Assembly: GCA_963662405.2 (NCBI GenBank)
Contig: CAXXKT010000003.1
Location: forward strand, 384,001 to 448,000
DNA from: Syntrophales bacterium
Lineage (GTDB): Bacteria > Desulfobacterota > Syntrophia > Syntrophales > UBA2210
Reading direction: 5' to 3'
DNA: 64,000 nt
The translations under genes and the position numbers were made by a program. The first letter of the stretch is position 1; every line of letters starts with the position of its first letter. The notes below the pieces were generated by a model. It was not told the DNA's origin. It did no database searches and worked only from the letters and a program-made list of their open reading frames with translations. This document shows, in pieces, positions 27,165-37,190 of this stretch.

Positions 27165-29164
27165 AAAACCGCGATGAGTCACCATTTTTTTTATCAGATA
27201 CGGAAATCCAGCTTCTGCTGTTCGGCGGCAAGGGCGGTGTCGGCAAAACCACGGCCTCGGCGGCAACAGCGCTGGAGATCGCCCTTCGTCATCCTGATAA
27301 ATCCCTGCTTCTGGTTTCCACCGATCCGGCCCATTCCCTTCAAGACAGTTTCTCCGGGGCCGAGCCACCCCCCAACCTGAAGGTCCTTGAATTGGACGCA
27401 CAGGCCTACCTCCACGACTTCCAGGAGAAAAACCGGCAGCGTCTCGGGGAAATTGCCTCCCGGGGGACCTTCCTTGACGAAGAGGACATTAACCGTTTTA
27501 TGGAGCTTTCTCTGCCGGGGATGGACGAACTCATGGCCTTCCTGGAGATCAGCCGCTGGGTCAAGGAAGGGGCCTATGACAGGATCATCATGGATACGGC
27601 GCCGACGGGGCACACCCTGCGCCTCATGGAAATGCCCGACATGATCCGGAAGTGGCTGGAGGCCCTCGACACGCTCCTGGCCAAGCACCGGTACATGAAG
27701 AAACTGTTCCGGGGATCCTATGAGCGGGACGACCTCGATCACTTCATAGAAGGTCTCGCCGCTTCCGTCAAGCAGATGGAAAAGCTCCTCAAGGATCATC
27801 AGCAGTGCCGGTTTGTCCCGGTCATGCTGGCCGAGGCTTTGAGTATCGAAGAGACACTGGATCTGATCTGGGAATTGCAGCACCTCCGCATCGGCGTCGT
27901 GGACGTGATTATCAACCGCCTGTTCCCGGAAAGTCCGTGTCTCACCTGTCGTCATATCCGCGCCCTCCAGCTGCAGGAACTGGCCCGGATCTTCAAGGAG
28001 CCGGGTTTTTCCAAGCTCCGCCTCTGGGGGGTTCCCATCTATCCCGAGGAAATCAGAGGCATGGAATCGCTCCGGACCTTCTGGGACGGTCTGAAAGAAG
28101 TAACGCCGACCCCCGGTGAAGCCCCTGTATCTCTGCCTCCGGTAACGCCCAGCGTCGACAGCCCCGTCCCCCTGCCCCCGCCGGAAACGGCGATGCTCGT
28201 CTTTGCGGGCAAAGGGGGGGTCGGCAAGACCACCCTGGCCTGCGCCACGGCCCTGCATCTGGCTCAGGCCTATACAGAGAAACGGACTCTGCTGTTTTCG
28301 GCCGATCCGGCCCACTCCCTTTCCGATTGTCTGAACATGCGCCTCGGTCCCGAGCCAATACAGGCGGCGCCGGGACTGTGGGTTATGGAAATGGACGCCA
28401 CCGCCGATTTTGTTGCCCTGAAAAATCAGTACCGGAAGGAACTTGCGCGATTCCTCTCCCAGTTGATGCCGAACCTCGATCTGACGTTTGACCGTGAAGT
28501 CATGGAACGGATCATGGATCTGTCGCCCCCGGGGATCGATGAGCTGATGGCGCTGGCGGCAGTGATGGATTTCCTGACCCCGGCGGGCTACGACCTCCTG
28601 ATCCTCGACGCGGCACCGACGGGTCACCTGATCAGGCTGCTGGAATTGCCGGAGATCATCGAGAAATGGTTAAAGGCGTTCTTCACCCTCTTCCTTAAAT
28701 ACCGGAACATCTTCCGATTGCCGGGGATCTCAGAGCGCCTGGTCAGGCTGTCAAAGGATTTGAAGCGTCTGAGAGCGATCCTGCGCGACCCGTCCCGGGC
28801 GGCCCTCTACGCTGTCAGCATTCTCACGGAGATGTCCTTTGCGGAAACGATGGATCTTATCGCCGCCTGCGGGCGTTTGGAAATTCCGGTTCCCTGTCTG
28901 TTTTTAAACATGGCGACGCCGGACGGCTCTGATCCCCTCTGTCATTCCCTGTTCCAAAGAGAATCAGTTGTGCGGGAAAAGTTTGGCCTGACCTTCCCCG
29001 GTATCCTCCGGCCGGTGGTGTATCGGCTGAGCGATCCCCGGGGAGTCGAAAATCTCGAAGCCCTGGGTCAGATCCTATACCGGTCTGCCGTCTCAGAAGG
29101 AACAAGCAGGAAGCAACGGGCAACCGGCAAGAGAAAAAAAGAAAACAAGGTGGAATATGTCTGA
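27161..29164 (+). CDS. ArsA/Get3-family tandem ATPase (GvpW-like)
   Basis: Two GKGGVGKTT, two DPAHSL, DTAPTGH/DAAPTGH. Confidence 0.9.
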   Translation: MKNRDESPFFLSDTEIQLLLFGGKGGVGKTTASAATALEIALRHPDKSLLLVSTDPAHSLQDSFSGAEPPPNLKVLELDAQAYLHDFQEKNRQRLGEIASRGTFLDEEDINRFMELSLPGMDELMAFLEISRWVKEGAYDRIIMDTAPTGHTLRLMEMPDMIRKWLEALDTLLAKHRYMKKLFRGSYERDDLDHFIEGLAASVKQMEKLLKDHQQCRFVPVMLAEALSIEETLDLIWELQHLRIGVVDVIINRLFPESPCLTCRHIRALQLQELARIFKEPGFSKLRLWGVPIYPEEIRGMESLRTFWDGLKEVTPTPGEAPVSLPPVTPSVDSPVPLPPPETAMLVFAGKGGVGKTTLACATALHLAQAYTEKRTLLFSADPAHSLSDCLNMRLGPEPIQAAPGLWVMEMDATADFVALKNQYRKELARFLSQLMPNLDLTFDREVMERIMDLSPPGIDELMALAAVMDFLTPAGYDLLILDAAPTGHLIRLLELPEIIEKWLKAFFTLFLKYRNIFRLPGISERLVRLSKDLKRLRAILRDPSRAALYAVSILTEMSFAETMDLIAACGRLEIPVPCLFLNMATPDGSDPLCHSLFQRESVVREKFGLTFPGILRPVVYRLSDPRGVENLEALGQILYRSAVSEGTSRKQRATGKRKKENKVEYV

Positions 29165-29351
29165 TTATGAACTGGATGAAAAGGAACATGTCAGCCTTTG
29201 CGAGGCACTGGACCGGATCCTCAACAAAGGCGCCGTGATTGTCGGCGACGTCATGATCTCCGTTGCCGATATCGATCTCGTTTATCTGGGCCTGCAGGTC
29301 ATCCTGACCTCCGTGGAAACGGCCCGACACGAGGAAGGTCTGGTGCTATGA
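29157..29351 (+). CDS. GvpA-family minor protein (GvpJ/S-like)
   Basis: LDRILNKGAVIVGD..ISVADIDL. Confidence 0.88.
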   Translation: MSDYELDEKEHVSLCEALDRILNKGAVIVGDVMISVADIDLVYLGLQVILTSVETARHEEGLVL

Positions 29352-29737
29352 ACATGAGCGCGGGTTCCGGATTTTCCGATTTGGACAGATTTGAAACCTG
29401 TCCCCAAAGTGTGACGTCGCCGGCCATAAGCGATTTTGCAAAAACCATGACGCCACGGGCCAGGCAGGCATCGTCCGGTCATGTGAATCTTGATGGGGAT
29501 AAGAAAAAAAACGGTCTGGCCCAGCTTGTACTGACCGTGGTCAAACTCCTCCATGAACTCCTGGAGAAACAGGCGATCCGCAGGATTGACGGGGGAGGCC
29601 TTACAGATGAAGAGATTGAGCGTCTCGGTTTCACCCTGATGCGTCAGTCAGAGGAAATCGCGAGGATCGCCCTCGAATTCGGTCTCGAAAGCGACGATTT
29701 GAATCTTGATTTGGGACCTTTGGGAAAATTATTATAG
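29348..29737 (+). CDS. gvpK: gas vesicle protein GvpK
   Basis: GLAQLVLTVV.LL.ELLEKQAIRR..LNLDLGPLGKLL. Confidence 0.93.
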   Translation: MNMSAGSGFSDLDRFETCPQSVTSPAISDFAKTMTPRARQASSGHVNLDGDKKKNGLAQLVLTVVKLLHELLEKQAIRRIDGGGLTDEEIERLGFTLMRQSEEIARIALEFGLESDDLNLDLGPLGKLL

Positions 29738-29750
29738 CAGGAGGCAAAAA

Positions 29751-30068
29751 ATGGCAGTCCAACAACGCGCGCGACATTCTCTGGAAAGTACGAATCTTGC
29801 GGATCTTCTCGAAAGGATCCTGGACAAGGGGATTGTGATCGCCGGCGATATACGGATCAACCTGGTCGACGTTGAATTGCTGACAATCCAGATCCGTCTC
29901 GTCATCTGCTCCGTTGATAAGGCCAAGGAGATGGGCATGGACTGGTGGGTGAACAATCCCGCGTTCTGTTCCGGGGCCAAGAAGCAGCAGGCTCTTCCGG
30001 AGGTGATGGACAGGCTCGAAGAACGCCTCGCCCGGATCGAGACCTCCCTGGCCGCCGGGGCGAAATAG
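29751..30068 (+). CDS. GvpA-family minor protein (GvpJ/M-like)
   Basis: [38 protein letters not shown]. Confidence 0.9.
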   Translation: MAVQQRARHSLESTNLADLLERILDKGIVIAGDIRINLVDVELLTIQIRLVICSVDKAKEMGMDWWVNNPAFCSGAKKQQALPEVMDRLEERLARIETSLAAGAK

Positions 30069-30259
30069 CGGAGGCGCGAATCAAAGGGGAACTGTTTTTA
30101 CTATATGGGTAGGGGAGGTTTTAACCTCCCATCATGATCAATCCTTTAATTGTTGGATTTATTCATTTATTGGTGCCCCTTGTATTGTGGCCACTAAGAG
30201 GGAACGAGGCCTGGAGGACCGGGATGCGGTTGGCAAGATCATCAGAAAAAGAAACGTCC

Positions 30260-31451
30260 GTGATTAACAGAGAGAGACGTTCAGGCCGGACCACGGATCT
30301 GCGCCGGCGGGCGGAAAACCGTCTGAAAGAGAAGGAGAAAACCCGGCGTGCGGATGCGGAAGATCGGATAAGCGAGTCGGAGACGAAGCGGCTTATCCAC
30401 GAACTGCAGGTGTACCGGATCGAGCTTGAGATGCAGAATGAGGAGCTGCGTCTCGCACAGAGAGACCTTGAAGCTTCACGGGCACGGTATTTCGACCTCT
30501 ATGACCTGGCGCCGGTGGGCTACATTGAGTGATAAAGGGTTAATCCTGGAGGCCAATCTCACGGCGGCCACCCTGCTGGGTGTGGCGAGAAACGCCCTGG
30601 TCAAAGAGCGTTTGGACAGCTTCATTCTCCCTGAAGATCAGGACATCTACTACCTCCACCGCAATCTGCTTTTTAAAACCGGTGAGCCGCAGGCATGCGA
30701 ACTGCGGCTGCTGTCCACCAGCGCAACTCCCTTGTGGGTGAGAATAGATGCGGCCTTGGCAACGGAGGAGGAGACCGGCAAACCGGTATGCCGCGCCTTG
30801 ATGAGCGACATCACCCAGCACAAGCAGGCGGAGCAAAATCTCCAGGATATCCTCGAAAGTCTCAGGAAGGCCGTCAGATCAACTATTCAGGTAATAATAT
30901 CGACCGTGGAGGCAAGAGATCCCTATACCGCCGGCCACCAGCGCCGGTCCGCGGATCTTGCCCGTGCCATCGCCACGGAGATGAAACTTTCCCAAGACAG
31001 GATTGAAGGCATCAGGATAGCCTGTTCCATCCATGACCTCGGGAAGCTATCCATACCTGCGGAGATATTGTCCAAACCAAGAAAGCTAACGGAAGACGAG
31101 TTTTCCCTGATTAAAGAACATGCAAGGAAAGGCTACGACATCCTGAAAAATGTAGAATCCTCGTGGCCGCTGGCGGAGATTGTCTACCAGCACCATGAAC
31201 GGATGGATGGTTCGGGCTATCCGAGAAACCTGAAGGGTGACGAAATACTCATGGAGGCCCGCATTTTGGCCGTTTCTGACATAGTCGAAGCCATGGCCTC
31301 CCACCGTCCCTATCGCGCCGCTCTTGGTATTGACGCGGTCCTGAAAGAGATTGATGACAACCGGGGGATTCTGTACGATCCCGAGGCGGTGGATGCCTGT
31401 CTGAATTATTCCGGGAAAAAGGTTTTCAATTTAAAGGTGCTTGATGATTAG
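30260..31451 (+). pseudogene. PAS-HD-GYP phosphodiesterase, frameshifted near 30521
   Basis: The LAPVGY frame stops at 30532 while the LSDKGLILEAN-PAS-HD-GYP continuation is in another frame. Confidence 0.75.
30418..30522 (+). repeat. 105-bp direct repeat, copy 2
   Basis: Matches 10971-11075 with one mismatch. Confidence 0.9.
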
Positions 31452-33521
31452 AGGAAATAATTGCTTCCATTCATGACCGAAAGTTGCAGTTTCGTAGGTG
31501 GACTCAAGATCCGGACAATGTCATTTATCCATGAACCGCACTCACTCCGTTCAATTAAAAGGTGCAGGTCAGCTGATCGGATCAGATTGTTGGATACGGG
31601 GTGAAAGGTGCTACTACCTGACAGCGTGTTTTCCGCTCATCCAGGCTAATGTCTTCCTTTCTAAGTTAGTAAACAGCATAAGTGAGGAAAAATTGCTGAT
31701 ATTAATCGGAAGTCAACAGCTAATGGCCATGTATTTTTTGACTTATGATATTTTTATGTAAAATAAGAAAATCGAAAATATATGTTAACGAACCGATCTG
31801 ATTCGCCAACTTCAGTTGTAATGGTCTTACATCAAGGATGGCTCGTGTCTAAGCGAGTTCATTATAATCTTAGTAGCTCAGATAAACCCATCCCACACCA
31901 CGGCAGTAACTCACCTATTTTCATAAGTTCTTGTATTCAAAAAGATATATTATTTTACCACCGTTGCGTTTCAACAGCGGTACATAGGACTTTTACAAAT
32001 TCGTGCAGACTGCACGCTTTTTATCCAGATTTCCGTAGGTAACCTTATGAAAGATGATAATAAGACGAATAGACAGCTTGTACATGAACTGACGGAATTG
32101 CTCTCGCAAAAGGCCGAGGAGGCCCTTTGCTATGCCGAAAGCATTGTGGAAACTGTTCGAGAGCCTCTTCTGATCCTGGATGCGAATCTAAGGACAATCT
32201 CGGCGAACCGCAGCTTTTATAAAACCTTTAACGTAACTCCTGGTGAGACGATAGGACGTCTCATCTATGACCTTGGAAACAAACAATGGGACATCCCCAA
32301 ACTTCGACAGTTGCTTGAAGGAGTTCTTCCTGAAAAACAAGTGTTCGACGATTTCGAGGTTGCCCATAATTTCCAGGACATCGGTCATAAAATCATGCTG
32401 CTCAATGCCCGCCAGATATATCGGAAGGACATCGGCGCAGAGATGATCCTTGTCGCGATTGAGGACATAACCGAGCACAAGCGACTGGAAGATCTATTAG
32501 CTGAGGCCGAAGGGCGCTACAGGCGTGTTTTTGAGACCGCAAGCGACGGGATAGTCTTTTTCGAACAAAGAGAAGGGAATATAACCCATGCCAATTCGGC
32601 CATCGAGAAGATGTTGGGCTATACCAAAAAGGAGATCATCGGTAATAAGCTTCGGGACATAGGTGTTTTGCTCGATATGGGTGATTTACAAACGACACTG
32701 CAAATGTTGGTTAAGAGCGGCATTAGTAATTACGATGCTATTCCGGTAAGAACCAAGTCCGGGCAACATATCGATACGGATATATATCTCGCCAACAGGG
32801 CAAGGTTGGTACAATGTAATATTCACGACATATCCAGTCGCATACAGGCGGAGGAGACACTTCAGCAAACCCTGGAAAGTCTTAGGAGTGCTGTCAGATC
32901 AACTATTCAGGTAATAATATCGACCGTGGAGGCAAGAGATCCCTATACCGCCGGCCACCAGCGCCGGTCCGCGGATCTTGCCCGTGCCATCGCCACGGAG
33001 ATGAAACTTTCCCAAGACAGGATTGAAGGCATCAGGATAGCCTGTTCCATCCATGACCTCGGGAAGCTATCCATACCTGCGGAGATATTGTCCAAACCAA
33101 GAAAGCTAACGGAAGACGAGTTTTCCCTGATTAAAGAACATGCAAGGAAAGGCTACGACATCCTGAAAAATGTGGAATCCTCGTGGCCGCTGGCGGAGAT
33201 TGTCTACCAGCACCATGAACGGATGGATGGTTCGGGCTATCCGAGAAACCTGAAGGGTGACGAAATACTCATGGAGGCCCGCATTTTGGCCGTTTCTGAC
33301 ATAGTCGAAGCCATGGCCTCCCACCGTCCCTATCGCGCCGCTCTTGGTATTGACGCGGTCCTGAAAGAGATTGATGACAACCGGGGGATTCTGTACGATC
33401 CCGAGGCGGTGGATGCCTGTCTGAATTATTCCGGGAAAAAGGTTTTCAATTTAAAGGTGCTTGATGATTAGAGGAAATAATTGCTTCCATTCATGACCGA
33501 AAGTTGCAGTTTCGTAGGTGG
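30873..33521 (+). repeat. ~629-bp direct repeat of HD-GYP domain and 3' flank (30873-31501 / 32893-33521)
   Basis: Offset 2020 bp; one mismatch seen (31154/33174). Confidence 0.92.
32047..33471 (+). CDS. PAS-PAS-HD-GYP c-di-GMP phosphodiesterase
   Basis: RDPYTAGH, IHDLGK, HHERMDGSGYP. Confidence 0.9.
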   Translation: MKDDNKTNRQLVHELTELLSQKAEEALCYAESIVETVREPLLILDANLRTISANRSFYKTFNVTPGETIGRLIYDLGNKQWDIPKLRQLLEGVLPEKQVFDDFEVAHNFQDIGHKIMLLNARQIYRKDIGAEMILVAIEDITEHKRLEDLLAEAEGRYRRVFETASDGIVFFEQREGNITHANSAIEKMLGYTKKEIIGNKLRDIGVLLDMGDLQTTLQMLVKSGISNYDAIPVRTKSGQHIDTDIYLANRARLVQCNIHDISSRIQAEETLQQTLESLRSAVRSTIQVIISTVEARDPYTAGHQRRSADLARAIATEMKLSQDRIEGIRIACSIHDLGKLSIPAEILSKPRKLTEDEFSLIKEHARKGYDILKNVESSWPLAEIVYQHHERMDGSGYPRNLKGDEILMEARILAVSDIVEAMASHRPYRAALGIDAVLKEIDDNRGILYDPEAVDACLNYSGKKVFNLKVLDD

Positions 33522-33709
33522 CGTCAATACCCGGCCCATGTCCTTTTTTCTTCGATTACATATGCACAGTATGGGTTGAACTCTACTACCTGAAGATGTT
33601 CATCCAAAAACAAGACTACAATAAATAATCAATAACCTCATGGCACACTCAAGAGTGTAGATACGTGCTTATTAATATACAAGAAATAGGTATATCTTCA
33701 CTTGACTAC

Positions 33710-34873
33710 TCATGTTTCTTTTTCCTCTTTCTTGAGCAGTTTTTCTTCTTTTCTTGATAACTGAAACAATTTATCTTCAAGGTGTTTCATTTTATCCACT
33801 ATTCCAACAACATCCTTTAGCGTCGCCATTGCGCCAGATAAAGCCTCAACCGCATCCGCTGGATATTGAGAACCATTGAGAGTTCTTATTGATTGTCGTA
33901 TCAGATCATTAAAACGATTCACCCTCTTCTCAAGATCACGTTCAAGCACTATAACATTTTGATCAGTTTCTATTTTTTGTTCTTCCAGATATATTTCTTT
34001 TTGCAACTCCTCCTTTTCCTTGCCAACGCTTTTCTGAAAACGATTCTTCATTTCCATCAATTGTCTATCGTCCAAAACAGAAAGGCGTCGCAAAATCTTC
34101 TTGAGGTTTTGAATGGTCTTAAGGAATATATCCTCAGAGTTAGAAATTTTTTTAAGCTTATTTGAAATACTTTCTCTGTCCTTGGTAGTAAGATTAGCAT
34201 TGTCCGCCTGAATAATACGGATTATTTCAACAAGAGATTCTTCCATGTCCGAGATACTCTTAACCTCAAGCCTGGTAAATCTGTTTTCTTGTTGCCTGAT
34301 AACTTTCGATTCTTGGTTCTGGATATCGATTTCCTCGCTGATTTCCTTTGTCAATGGATTTTTCTTACTGAATCCGCTGGCGAGATCACTACTCGATTTC
34401 CATCCGGCGAGTATCTTGTAGACGGAGTAAATGAAAAGGACCAGCAAGGCGAGATTGACAAGCCCCATATTGTTATTGCCGAGATAGGAATAGATAAAAG
34501 GAAATTTCATCCACGAAAGAAGATAGAAGAGGGCATATACAACGAAAAAAGCCCGCTGGCCTGACATCCCGAATCCCCGGCACAATGCATAGGGTATCGT
34601 CGCGACGATAAACACGAGTAGCAGCGTTCCGATAATGCCCCAGCCTTCAAAGAGGATCGTCAACATATCCTTCCACATGAACGTCCCGGCAGTCATCATA
34701 AGTCCTACGGCCACGATCAACGGTTTCGCGTAGGCCCTGTCGAAGTGTTTTCTCAGTGCCAGGCCTGTCAGAGAAATAAAAAAGATCAGAAGGAGTGTAA
34801 AATAGACCCATTCGGAATACTGCGCCAGAAGATCGCTGGGGCGGATGGTATCAAGAGGAGACAGCAGGAACAT
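33710..34873 (-). CDS. multi-TM membrane protein with long C-terminal coiled coil
   Basis: About five hydrophobic helices, then charged helical region. Confidence 0.75.
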   Translation of the reverse strand: MFLLSPLDTIRPSDLLAQYSEWVYFTLLLIFFISLTGLALRKHFDRAYAKPLIVAVGLMMTAGTFMWKDMLTILFEGWGIIGTLLLVFIVATIPYALCRGFGMSGQRAFFVVYALFYLLSWMKFPFIYSYLGNNNMGLVNLALLVLFIYSVYKILAGWKSSSDLASGFSKKNPLTKEISEEIDIQNQESKVIRQQENRFTRLEVKSISDMEESLVEIIRIIQADNANLTTKDRESISNKLKKISNSEDIFLKTIQNLKKILRRLSVLDDRQLMEMKNRFQKSVGKEKEELQKEIYLEEQKIETDQNVIVLERDLEKRVNRFNDLIRQSIRTLNGSQYPADAVEALSGAMATLKDVVGIVDKMKHLEDKLFQLSRKEEKLLKKEEKET

Positions 34874-34985
34874 GACATTCCATGAAACCTTGGTATTTAT
34901 AAAGTTTACTATTTCAAAGGAATGATCGGTGAATCGTCATAAGTACGGCTATGGACCTGCCCATACTGCATCGTAGTAAATCTTG

Positions 34986-35627
34986 TCACGAATTGGCGGG
35001 GCATTCTCTATACAGTGAACCCCTATCGTCCTGACACAGAAGAGGATTGGAAGAACACTGAGTCTGGGCCGTTTTTGAACGGGTGGAATTCTCGATTGTA
35101 AATGCTCCGACCATATATTGGTAGTCGCCTCCCTGGAAGGCGATTCTGAGAGAAAGGTCTTGACAGTCAAACTCGTAAGGAAGGGGGGCGCCAACCGTGC
35201 CGTTATAGGATGTTGCAGGGATGGCAAATGCGTATTGTCCTTGGGGAAGGCACGAAAATGTAAAGCCCTCGGTTTCATTGACGGTTGTCCAGTCCATGGG
35301 GTGTGTTGTCCTGATGCGGTTCATGACAACCGAATAATTCGTGCTCGGTGTCTCGTAAAGAGAGACCTTTGAACCGGGAATTATGTTTCCCGAGACAATA
35401 CCGCCAACATCGATGCATGCGCCGTCGGATATTCTTGAAGGCGTGGATGCCTGTTCAGACGATGGGACACAAGGTACAAGTATCGTGATCGTGATGGGAA
35501 CGTTGAGAGGGCTGGGTTTTCCATGCTGAAGCACGCATGTGCTCTGTATCGCCAGTATGACGATCAGGAGAAAGATGGCACATTCGATTTTGTACTGTCG
35601 AAAATATGTAATGAACCTTTTGTGCAT
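34986..35627 (-). CDS. membrane-anchored Cys-containing beta-sandwich protein
   Basis: N-terminal TM; G.FTFSCLPQGQY motif resembles carboxypeptidase-regulatory-like folds. Confidence 0.6.
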   Translation of the reverse strand: MHKRFITYFRQYKIECAIFLLIVILAIQSTCVLQHGKPSPLNVPITITILVPCVPSSEQASTPSRISDGACIDVGGIVSGNIIPGSKVSLYETPSTNYSVVMNRIRTTHPMDWTTVNETEGFTFSCLPQGQYAFAIPATSYNGTVGAPLPYEFDCQDLSLRIAFQGGDYQYMVGAFTIENSTRSKTAQTQCSSNPLLCQDDRGSLYRECPANS

Positions 35628-35669
35628 AGGTCCGGTTTAGGATCTCATGGTATTTATATTTTTCGGTGA

Positions 35670-36527
35670 TCAGTTGATTTGAAGGGATGCAGCCACAGAC
35701 CGGCCGATCTCATCATAGCCGGTTATGGTGATGGAAACTCGTTCTTTCGAACCCAACAGGGCCGCTTTCAGCAGTCCCCTGTCGATCGAAAGGGGTATCG
35801 TCGTTTGGACTGAGCTGTTGTTGAGACGGAGAGGACGAGGCAAGGCGCCCTCATATTCTGCGCTCTCCAATTCAGGTACTTTCCAAAAGAACAGGGTGAT
35901 GAGCTTTGCATGGCGATACCTCGTATCCATAGTCATTCGATATCCGGTCATGGTGACGCCTATGCCATTGGTCTCATGTATCTCGATGCATACCCGGTTT
36001 CCGGTCTTGCTGATCAGCCGCGCCGAAACCCTGGCACCGATGGTAAGTCTCTTGAGCCTCTCCAGATCACGGGGACTCATGCGAACGAGCACAAAGCAGA
36101 TATGGCCGTCACCGGTGTTACGGAAGGCATATTCCTTGATGCCCTGCTGTATGGAGTTCAAAAGCCATCTGGCGGTATAGCTGAGCCTTTCTTCGATATC
36201 ATGGTGTGTGTGATCGAGATCCCCGGATAATCGTGATTCATGGGATAAACGATACTCCGCACCCATTGCCTGGAGGATCTGACTGACAGCCGAATCGAGG
36301 GCCTGCCGCCGCGCCGCCTCGATCGAAGGGCAGGCCCGGGAGATACCCACAAATGAATCTGCCGGTATTGCGATCGCCCAATCGGGAATGTGCAGTGACA
36401 CCAATTTGGCTATGGAAGCGGATTCAGTTTTGAGGACAGCCGCCAAGGCCCCACCGGCATCACTTGAACCAAGGCTGACAGATGCCAGGATCGAAAGAAT
36501 GCAACATATACGGCGCAAGAAGGTCAC
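35670..36527 (-). CDS. secreted hypothetical protein (LPP20-like N-terminus)
   Basis: Signal peptide; P.W..FVGIS..ARRQALDSA. Confidence 0.6.
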   Translation of the reverse strand: MTFLRRICCILSILASVSLGSSDAGGALAAVLKTESASIAKLVSLHIPDWAIAIPADSFVGISRACPSIEAARRQALDSAVSQILQAMGAEYRLSHESRLSGDLDHTHHDIEERLSYTARWLLNSIQQGIKEYAFRNTGDGHICFVLVRMSPRDLERLKRLTIGARVSARLISKTGNRVCIEIHETNGIGVTMTGYRMTMDTRYRHAKLITLFFWKVPELESAEYEGALPRPLRLNNSSVQTTIPLSIDRGLLKAALLGSKERVSITITGYDEIGRSVAASLQIN

Positions 36528-36530
36528 CGC

Positions 36531-37169
36531 TTAGACCTCGTTCCTCAGGCGTTCCAGCATTTCCAGGGCCTTTCGTTTGGCTTCCGCATCTTGATCCCGG
36601 ATGGCTTTTTTCAGAAGTCGATCGGCGGCATCGGTCTTTGCGGTGCGATAGTCTGCACGGCTGATTGCGAGATCGACCCAGGCATTATAGCGGAGGCGGT
36701 TCGCGATGGGATCAAAGACCCGCTCGTAATAGATGCTCTTCTGCGAGATGCCGCCAATCCGAAGATTCTCCACCGTCCAGGGCACGGCGTCGGTTACGTA
36801 GCGCCCGATGTCATCGCTGCCGTAATTGCCATGCATCACGGAACTGAATTCACCTCGCGCCTTGACTTCAACTGACTCAAGGAGATTCTTGACGGCCTCA
36901 CTTTTTGCCAGCCGGATCGTCAGGGCGTAATCACTCCCTCCCATGACACCGCCGGTGAAATGAAGACCCTCGTCATTTTCATAGAACGTGGTCCGGCTTG
37001 TCCACTCGGGACGATCAGTCGCGCCGGTCTTTTCCATCACCACCGGCCTGGTGAGCTCCGCCATCGCCTGATTCTGTTTGACTGCCTTGCCTCCTCCACA
37101 CCCGATAAGCACCACGAGGAATGGAACCAAAGACCAACCGACTGCCCATACTGTTACGTGCGTTTTCAT
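36531..37169 (-). CDS. lipoprotein (LPP20-like)
   Basis: Lipobox LIGC; RPEW..A..LAKSEA. Confidence 0.7.
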   Translation of the reverse strand: MKTHVTVWAVGWSLVPFLVVLIGCGGGKAVKQNQAMAELTRPVVMEKTGATDRPEWTSRTTFYENDEGLHFTGGVMGGSDYALTIRLAKSEAVKNLLESVEVKARGEFSSVMHGNYGSDDIGRYVTDAVPWTVENLRIGGISQKSIYYERVFDPIANRLRYNAWVDLAISRADYRTAKTDAADRLLKKAIRDQDAEAKRKALEMLERLRNEV

Positions 37170-37190
37170 CTCTTTTTCCCTCCTGTATAT

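Noticed and set aside
27161..29164. Arsenic resistance locus
   Set aside because: No arsB/acr3/arsC/arsR; the gene is embedded in the gvp operon
31498..32042. Short ORFs between the HD-GYP genes
   Set aside because: AT-rich, no clear RBS or motifs; likely non-coding or decayed DNA
33762..33790. Third TGAAACAAT occurrence
   Set aside because: Inside a CDS and lacks the downstream TCCGCTT half
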